Positions 57,891 to 64,000 of a stretch of 64,000 nucleotides of DNA are shown here, piece after piece. Origin of the DNA: Perkinsus chesapeaki ATCC PRA-425 (taxonomy: Eukaryota; Protista; Perkinsozoa). The stretch covers positions 10,564-74,563 of the forward strand of contig JAAPAO010000110.1 of the NCBI GenBank assembly GCA_013115145.1, written 5' to 3'. The translations under genes and the position numbers were made by a program. Below the pieces are notes generated by a model. That model saw only the letters and a list, made by a program, of their open reading frames with translations, did not search any database and was not told the DNA's origin. Positions within the stretch are counted from its first letter, which is position 1. The number at the start of each line of letters is the position of its first letter.

Positions 57891-60800
57891 CTAGCTTGTC
57901 CTTGAGGTTTCCGTGACAGTCCCCCCTGGCATTTTGGGATAAGTTGTAGTCATCAAACCCAAGTTATTCAAAGTGACTTGTACTTGTTGAGGAAGGAGAG
58001 AGGTCCGAGTTAGACGGAAAGGAGGAGCCAGCAAGTGGGATATATAACGGACTACAGGACGGGCTCGTCGAGGTTGGGATGCAGCGAGTGTCACCCTTCC
58101 ATCTTCGGATAACCACACCGGGTAAAAGCGTTTACCACCAATAGCACGATCATAAACATGAACTCGCTGGCCTTCATCTGTGTTGTCGATGAACTTGCCG
58201 ATAATGAAGCTCTTAGTATCATCGTCGATTACTGCCGCACAGAAGTCGCCGGGACGAATATCCAGCCTAGATAGATAGTCTAAATCAACGCAGAGCTGAG
58301 GACGGGCCAGATCGTTGGGGTCTTCCTGTCGCACTCGTAGCTGCTGAGCATGTACCTTTTGAATGGAAGTGTCATCCAAACGTACGAGGTAAGAATGTCC
58401 CCGTTGGAACCTTCCCGAGAAGTGGGGTGGTTCTCCGTCCAAGTCAGAGACTCCAGCGTCTCTGATGACATATCCAAAAGCCATACATCCATCCGGTTTG
58501 GACCATTGTACCCTATCTCCAGGACAGAGATACGAAATAGGAGATGGACCTGCATTCGCTCGGTCACTCTCATTGAGACGGCGTTCCACAATAGAATCAA
58601 AATGGCGTGCCGTACTGGTCATGACCTCGCGTGACAAAGATCCAAACCATTTAACCGCCTCGTTAGCCTCGTCCAATAGACCTTGCGTATCTGCATCCTG
58701 ATCCTCGGAGTAAAGGTCCTGAGTAGCGGTCAAGGTGTGCATTACCAAATCTAGCGGACGATAAGGGCGGCGGGCGAACAGCAGTTGAAACGGTGAGAGT
58801 CCAGTCTCCGGATTCGGTACAGAGTTAATAGTTGCCGACACCAATGGCAGGGCGAGGTCCCAACGAACCAGGGAGTTGTGAGATATGGCCACCTTGCAGG
58901 CTTGTACTCGACGCTCACACATTCCATTGCTTTGGGGATGATAAGGGTCAACCAGATGGGGAGAAACACCAGCGTAAGAGCATAGTTGAGCCCACAACTG
59001 CGATCCAAATGGAGAGTTATCCGAAGTTATCGAAGCCGGTAGACCAGCAAAGGTACACCATTGGGTGAAGAGTGCATAAGCGCAAGACTGGGCTGACTTG
59101 TCAGGTACCGGATAGTACTGGGTGAACCCAGTAAACAGGTCGCACACCACTAGAATGGCCGAAACCGTGCCCCCTCCAGGCAATGTTATAGACTTAGAGG
59201 AAGATACAGCATTGATCGGTGGGTCAGCAAAGTCAACTGCAATGTGTAGTAGGGACCTATTATCCGGTATCCTACAACCAGTGACCGGTTGAGGACGTGA
59301 GCCCCGATTGCGGTTCCGGCCGACTCGGCAAGAAGGGCAGTGGTGGATGTAGTCTTTGATGTACTTATGCATGCCAGGCCACCAACAAAAGCTTCGTATG
59401 TGAGGTAAGCAGGTAGGTGAACCAAAATGGGCGTCTCCATGAGAGAGATAACAGACAAGAGACCGAAAAGACAGCGCACCTTGACATGTTGCAGAGACTG
59501 CGTTGCTGAGCAAATGCCTGAAGTCTCCCCCGGTAGGTGCTACCACAACCAAATGTGGGCCCTCATCAGAATAGTACTGTCTATAGAGGATACCATCGGC
59601 CATCGAGAAAGCACCACAGTGGAACCAGTTTCTCACAGTTGTGGTAGTTGTCGCCGTATCAGCATGGTAGGTGTCCAAAGGACAACCATTAGCGATATGG
59701 TCTCCTGCTTGAAGTAAGAACTTGATAGGGATACCCTGATATGTCGTCGACGAGTCATCTCGCTGTAAACGACGAATATCTGGGAGTAACTCCTTCACCA
59801 TTACTGGCATAGGGCTAATAGCACTATCGCCGCTTTGTAGGACCTGCTCATCAGGATCATCAGGGTCGTCGTTACTGAAGTCCAGCAGGAAAGTTGTTGG
59901 GGAACCATCCGGACCATAGTAGAGGCCGTCTACCATGCGTGAAAAGAGATCCGCGAGGGAATTATGACGACCGCTAAGATGGCCCCAGATGTGATCAATG
60001 TCGAGAACATCGGCCAGTTGGGATAACCAGTTCGCCCATCGACGACCGCGGGTGGTATCCACAGCATTGATCTTCTGCTGACTCCACTGCGCCAGGGCGG
60101 AGGTGTTATCGTTGACAACAATGTAATGTGGTGAGGAAGTCGTCGATGGATAGTAGCTGTTACGAAGGAGAGGACCCCAGTGATCTAAAGCCATGTAGAT
60201 ACCGTAGGCCTCCCTGTCCATAGCTGGCCAACGTGATTGGACTTGTGTGAACTTATGGGAAGTAATGCCGACGCAGTGACCAGACTCCATCAGCGACTTG
60301 GTGTCCAGTTTTCCTGCAGATAGGTAGGAGATGAGTCGACGGGGAACTCGCCATAGAGAACCACAGGCTGCCACGGCGGACGCGTCTGTGATAATACACC
60401 AACAGAGAGCAGGAGGTAACAACTCGTCAAAACGGTGGAGAGATAACCATCCGTCGGATTGAGCTGTGACGAGGCGATCCCAGGCAGCCTCCAGTTCATC
60501 GTTCCACCGAATCTTTGTCCTCCTCGTCGATCCTGGGGTGATGAGCGTATGGAAAGGCGCGGCCAAGGCGCTGATGGAATCCTCTGCAGCGTTGGACTGG
60601 TACCCACTGCGACAGTAGTTGATAACGCCCAACTTTTGTCGGAGATCAGCGACATTATCGGGCCTACAGGAAATGGCTTCCCTCAGCTTTGATAGGCTCT
60701 TGTCATCCACACGCCATTTGCCTTTGTCGAGCATGATACCAAACGCCGACAAAGATGTGGTAGGAAGTACAAGCTTGTCGTTAGTGTCGATGCTGACAAG

Positions 60801-63599
60801 GTCCAGGAGTATGCGGATGTAGTCAAGTAGTCTTTGGCAACGGGCACGACTCGAGCTCCTTATCAGGACATCGTCCATATACCAAACAATGCCAACCTGA
60901 CTGGGGTCGGCTAAGCCGGTTCCCGTGCGCAGCAACAAGGCAAGGTTGTAGAGCCAGTGTTGAGAGGCATGAGAGAACCCTTGGGGTAGAAAGCGATATT
61001 GGTAATATCGGAGAGCGCCAGATTGGTCGATGTACTGGATCGTAAAGTACTTACGAGAGCTAGCTGCCAATGGTATATTGTGGTATGCGTCTTTACAATC
61101 CAACAGTGCGTAGAAGACATCTTCGTCATCGTCAACTGAAGGAAGTTGTTGCAGACAAGTCCTCACATCGGCAACGTAGTCGGAGTTATAACCGTCGTCG
61201 AGATCTTCAAGACGAGCGTTCACTCTTTTCAGATCAGTCACCATGCGGAACTTGCCGTGTTGCTTAGGAACGACAAAGCAGTTCGAGACGTGCATAGAGT
61301 TGGGATTGTAGTCGACCTGCTCCAGGACACCAGCCTCAACCAAACCAGATATTTTATCTTCCAGAGCTTGTTGTAGATCAGGTTTCAACCGATAGGGCTT
61401 ATGGTAGATCATAGGATCCTCGTCTTTGAACACAACTTTGGTATCTCGCCAGGTGAAGTTCTGGAGCGCGTCGCTTGCTCGGCATCGCATGTCGTCGTCT
61501 GATGCAGTGTCTAACCAGGAAAGAAAGTCTTCAGCTTTTGACAACGATGACTGATGAGAGTGCGGGGTAGAGTGATTTGTCGGCAGTGAGGTACTACGTT
61601 GATGAAGTCCCTCATAGCGGGCTTCGACAGAAACCGCGAGAGCCTCGAAGAATAGTGAGGGTTGTCGAGGGGAAGGCGGAGTAGTTACCGTCGTGCCCAT
61701 AGCACTCATAGTAGTGAGACCGAGGAGCACACAATCAGTAGGGAGCGACACGCTATCAGGGGCCACATAGGTGCGCCACAAGGCACTACGACCCCCGATG
61801 CGGACCGGTATCAAACAACTCCCAACCAGACCAATGCTCTGGCCATCAAAAGAAGTCACCTTGTTGAACTGGCTGTCACTGTGGTCTACAATACATCCTA
61901 AACGGATGATTGTAGTTTCTGACGCTAACGTCAGGGAGCTCGCGTGATCCACGATCACACCGACCTTGCCGTGCCCGGGAACTGACACTTCAAATCTAAT
62001 GAACTTCTTGTGCAGAGAAGCGGGTGAACGTAGACTTGTCGACGTCGCCATGGTGCTATTGTCCTGAACAGAATCCCCCAGGAAGAATACTGGAGGATCG
62101 CTTATCTCCTTGCCTTCTTGCCGCTGAAGTGGATGGCCTAGACGATCAATTGGAAGCGGTAGCTTACCGGTGGTCGACCTAGTTACCGGTTTGGACCCAT
62201 CCGCAGCAGCCGCAGTTGTAGCCCCCACCTTTCCAGAGTCCTTAGGGTTCTTCTCAGCAGAGTTACCGTGGTTGGCATTAGAGCGGGCCTTTTGTGGAGG
62301 CGGTAAGGAGTTCTCAGTGGCACCGTTGAGGTTATGGGGCCGCGACTTGCTGGAAGGACCCGGAGTAGTTGAAGACTCGGAGGTTTTCGGACGGAACCAG
62401 CAAGATTCTGGCGTATGCGTCTTTGTTGACCGCTTACACCAAGGGCAGGTACCAGGAACCAGGGCGTTGGAGGCAACGGGGTCGGCCTGAGCGGTTTCTT
62501 GTTCTGTGCAGGACGACGATCTTGACCAGGCAGGTTTGGCTTTGTCCTTGTGACCATGCTTCTTGGACCTGTTCATGGACACCGGGGCAGAGTGAGCCCT
62601 CTCTGTCGCTGGTGAGGGAGTCTCCCAAGGATAGCGATGTTCACTCTTCTTCTCCCAGTCGATCATCCGGCATCTGATGTCGTTGAAGGAGATATCGCTG
62701 GCCGTGACACTGTGCTTCCTCATCCATTGTGTGATGGCGTCCCGGGAGTCGGCACTGACTCTAGGCATGATACCACATAGTCGATCATAATCCGATAAGG
62801 AGTTAAGAGAGTGGAAGGCACGGGCCTCCGAGAGACCTCTCCATAACTTCTCTTCCCGATAGAAGAAGTCACATATACGCTCTTTTGGGCCTTGTACACA
62901 GCTTTCCCACTGAGCTCGTGAATCGTCTATGTAAACTTCCGTCGTTTCATTATGACCGATATTTCTAAGAACCGCCTCGAATAGGGTAGACCATTCTTCA
63001 GCAGAAGTAGAGGATTGTAGACGCTTACAACCAGGAGACTCCTCTAGACTGGAGTCGACTACCGGAATAACTACAGGCTTGTCCTTAAGTTTGGCGATTA
63101 AGTCGACCGTGTCCTCAGATAGTAAATAGGCATGAATGGCATCTTGGAGAGCTAAGGATCGACCGAATGGTGCTGTGGATAAGCTAATCATGACGACTGC
63201 CGCGACTAGCTCTTCCGATAAACCTTGATCTTCCAGAGAGGAAGAAAATCGTCGGAGCTGGGAGTGGAACTGGGCCCCTCTGCTTTCAGCGAAACCCGAG
63301 CATTCCGCGTACTGAATGACCTTCTCATGGAGTTGTTTCATACTGAAAGCGTACCACACCTCTCGCAGATCTTTGTACTTGCAGGAAATGCCGAAGTCTA
63401 AGGTGCTTAGGACAGTGTCCAGTGGATCCAGCTTCCACTTGGAAAGTTGAACATTGTCACCGATGCTCATGATGAGAGAGCTCATTTTACGTTGAGAACC
63501 ATGCGACGAAGAAGAGGTACTTGTTGCAGGGTGGTAGTTAGCTTCAGCGAGAGCCAACTCTAAGGCCTCTATACGTTGCATCAGTTTGTCAACCGACAT
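57891..63599 (-). CDS. Single Gag-Pol polyprotein (about 1900 aa)
   Basis: Gag knuckle CPWCKRSTKTHTPESC; PR VIVDHASS..LLGL; RT LDCKDAY, LPQGFSHA, YMDD (60870-60881); RNase H TDAS, DREA, NDN, LADLFSR; IN HGDAH..CPSC, AVDF, SDN, PQSNGMCER. First ATG MSVDK at 63599. Confidence 0.96.
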   Translation of the reverse strand: MSVDKLMQRIEALELALAEANYHPATSTSSSSHGSQRKMSSLIMSIGDNVQLSKWKLDPLDTVLSTLDFGISCKYKDLREVWYAFSMKQLHEKVIQYAECSGFAESRGAQFHSQLRRFSSSLEDQGLSEELVAAVVMISLSTAPFGRSLALQDAIHAYLLSEDTVDLIAKLKDKPVVIPVVDSSLEESPGCKRLQSSTSAEEWSTLFEAVLRNIGHNETTEVYIDDSRAQWESCVQGPKERICDFFYREEKLWRGLSEARAFHSLNSLSDYDRLCGIMPRVSADSRDAITQWMRKHSVTASDISFNDIRCRMIDWEKKSEHRYPWETPSPATERAHSAPVSMNRSKKHGHKDKAKPAWSRSSSCTEQETAQADPVASNALVPGTCPWCKRSTKTHTPESCWFRPKTSESSTTPGPSSKSRPHNLNGATENSLPPPQKARSNANHGNSAEKNPKDSGKVGATTAAAADGSKPVTRSTTGKLPLPIDRLGHPLQRQEGKEISDPPVFFLGDSVQDNSTMATSTSLRSPASLHKKFIRFEVSVPGHGKVGVIVDHASSLTLASETTIIRLGCIVDHSDSQFNKVTSFDGQSIGLVGSCLIPVRIGGRSALWRTYVAPDSVSLPTDCVLLGLTTMSAMGTTVTTPPSPRQPSLFFEALAVSVEARYEGLHQRSTSLPTNHSTPHSHQSSLSKAEDFLSWLDTASDDDMRCRASDALQNFTWRDTKVVFKDEDPMIYHKPYRLKPDLQQALEDKISGLVEAGVLEQVDYNPNSMHVSNCFVVPKQHGKFRMVTDLKRVNARLEDLDDGYNSDYVADVRTCLQQLPSVDDDEDVFYALLDCKDAYHNIPLAASSRKYFTIQYIDQSGALRYYQYRFLPQGFSHASQHWLYNLALLLRTGTGLADPSQVGIVWYMDDVLIRSSSRARCQRLLDYIRILLDLVSIDTNDKLVLPTTSLSAFGIMLDKGKWRVDDKSLSKLREAISCRPDNVADLRQKLGVINYCRSGYQSNAAEDSISALAAPFHTLITPGSTRRTKIRWNDELEAAWDRLVTAQSDGWLSLHRFDELLPPALCWCIITDASAVAACGSLWRVPRRLISYLSAGKLDTKSLMESGHCVGITSHKFTQVQSRWPAMDREAYGIYMALDHWGPLLRNSYYPSTTSSPHYIVVNDNTSALAQWSQQKINAVDTTRGRRWANWLSQLADVLDIDHIWGHLSGRHNSLADLFSRMVDGLYYGPDGSPTTFLLDFSNDDPDDPDEQVLQSGDSAISPMPVMVKELLPDIRRLQRDDSSTTYQGIPIKFLLQAGDHIANGCPLDTYHADTATTTTTVRNWFHCGAFSMADGILYRQYYSDEGPHLVVVAPTGGDFRHLLSNAVSATCQGALSFRSLVCYLSHGDAHFGSPTCLPHIRSFCWWPGMHKYIKDYIHHCPSCRVGRNRNRGSRPQPVTGCRIPDNRSLLHIAVDFADPPINAVSSSKSITLPGGGTVSAILVVCDLFTGFTQYYPVPDKSAQSCAYALFTQWCTFAGLPASITSDNSPFGSQLWAQLCSYAGVSPHLVDPYHPQSNGMCERRVQACKVAISHNSLVRWDLALPLVSATINSVPNPETGLSPFQLLFARRPYRPLDLVMHTLTATQDLYSEDQDADTQGLLDEANEAVKWFGSLSREVMTSTARHFDSIVERRLNESDRANAGPSPISYLCPGDRVQWSKPDGCMAFGYVIRDAGVSDLDGEPPHFSGRFQRGHSYLVRLDDTSIQKVHAQQLRVRQEDPNDLARPQLCVDLDYLSRLDIRPGDFCAAVIDDDTKSFIIGKFIDNTDEGQRVHVYDRAIGGKRFYPVWLSEDGRVTLAASQPRRARPVVRYISHLLAPPFRLTRTSLLPQQVQVTLNNLGLMTTTYPKMPGGTVTETSRTS
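57919..57930 (-). promoter_or_regulatory. Polypurine tract of the retrotransposon
   Basis: GCCAGGGGGGAC immediately 5' of the 3' LTR on the coding strand. Confidence 0.8.
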
Positions 63600-63618
63600 A
63601 AAAATGGTGATAGCTAGT

Positions 63619-63630
63619 TTGTTGGTATTT
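63619..63630 (-). promoter_or_regulatory. Self-priming-type primer-binding site (AAATACCAACAA)
   Basis: 2 nt after the 5' LTR, no TGG; exact reverse complement of LTR sequence TTGTTGGTATTT at 63714-63703. Confidence 0.8.
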
Positions 63631-63917
63631 GTTGTCACAGTTAGAGCTTGATGGATTTCTGTCAACGCAACCGCCGTCGGGAGGAGGTGTTGAGATATGT
63701 CGAAATACCAACAAGCAAGCTGAGAGCAAGCATTATCGGTATAAACATGCTACTATATCATCACATGCAATCTACTACTAATCATCATCTTGAATAGTCT
63801 TAATTCAGTGATCCCCATGGACCGTTTTTCTTATAGGGAAACGGCCAGTGGATACTGGGAATCTTGTCATCTTGGAGTCTAGCTTGTCCTTGAGGTTTCC
63901 GTGACACAAGGATGAGA

Positions 63918-64000
63918 ATAATATATAAATGTAATGATATGAAAATAATATATAAATGTAATGATATAAAAATAATATATAAATGTAATGATATAAAAAT
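63918..64000. repeat. 27-bp minisatellite, same family as 24608-24780, running off the window end
   Basis: ATAATATATAAATGTAATGATAT(G/A)AAA x about 3. Confidence 0.95.

Larger units (their letters stand above)
57645..63906 (-). mobile_element. Full-length Ty3/gypsy LTR retrotransposon (6262 bp), identical 274-bp LTRs, 4-bp TSD CAAG
   Basis: LTRs 57645-57918 and 63633-63906 both read TGTCAC...GTGACA and match base-for-base by eye. CAAG at 57641-57644 and 63907-63910. Domain order PR-RT-RH-IN. Confidence 0.97.

Overview
Intron-rich, gene-dense eukaryotic genomic DNA with a standard code, mostly 40-70 nt GT-AG introns and one 100-N scaffold gap. Gene content and style (GH18-like secreted family, subtilisin, GKG low-complexity tracts) best fit an alveolate such as Perkinsus; this is an inference, no database search was run. 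Recognisable genes: ELM2 protein, TGS1, a cold-shock/PAM2 protein, a truncated subtilisin, CLP1, WDR82/Swd2, AK6/Fap7, an NF-X1 zinc-finger protein, three tandem sphingomyelin/IPC-synthase paralogues, two disabled chitinase-like genes, an amino-acid transporter and a CCDC13-like protein. There are two intact tRNAs and a full-length, very young Ty3/gypsy LTR retrotransposon at 57645-63906. Two signals stand out. (1) tRNA sequences repeatedly lie inside, or make up, spliceosomal introns, in a series from intact tRNA to decayed whole tRNA to 3'-half only, with the Pol III oligo-T terminator doubling as the polypyrimidine tract. (2) The retrotransposon has no tRNA primer-binding site; instead a 12-nt PBS is perfectly complementary to its own LTR (Tf1-type self-priming), together with an atypical protease motif and a Tudor-like integrase tail. 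Exon boundaries were read by eye and are approximate unless stated.
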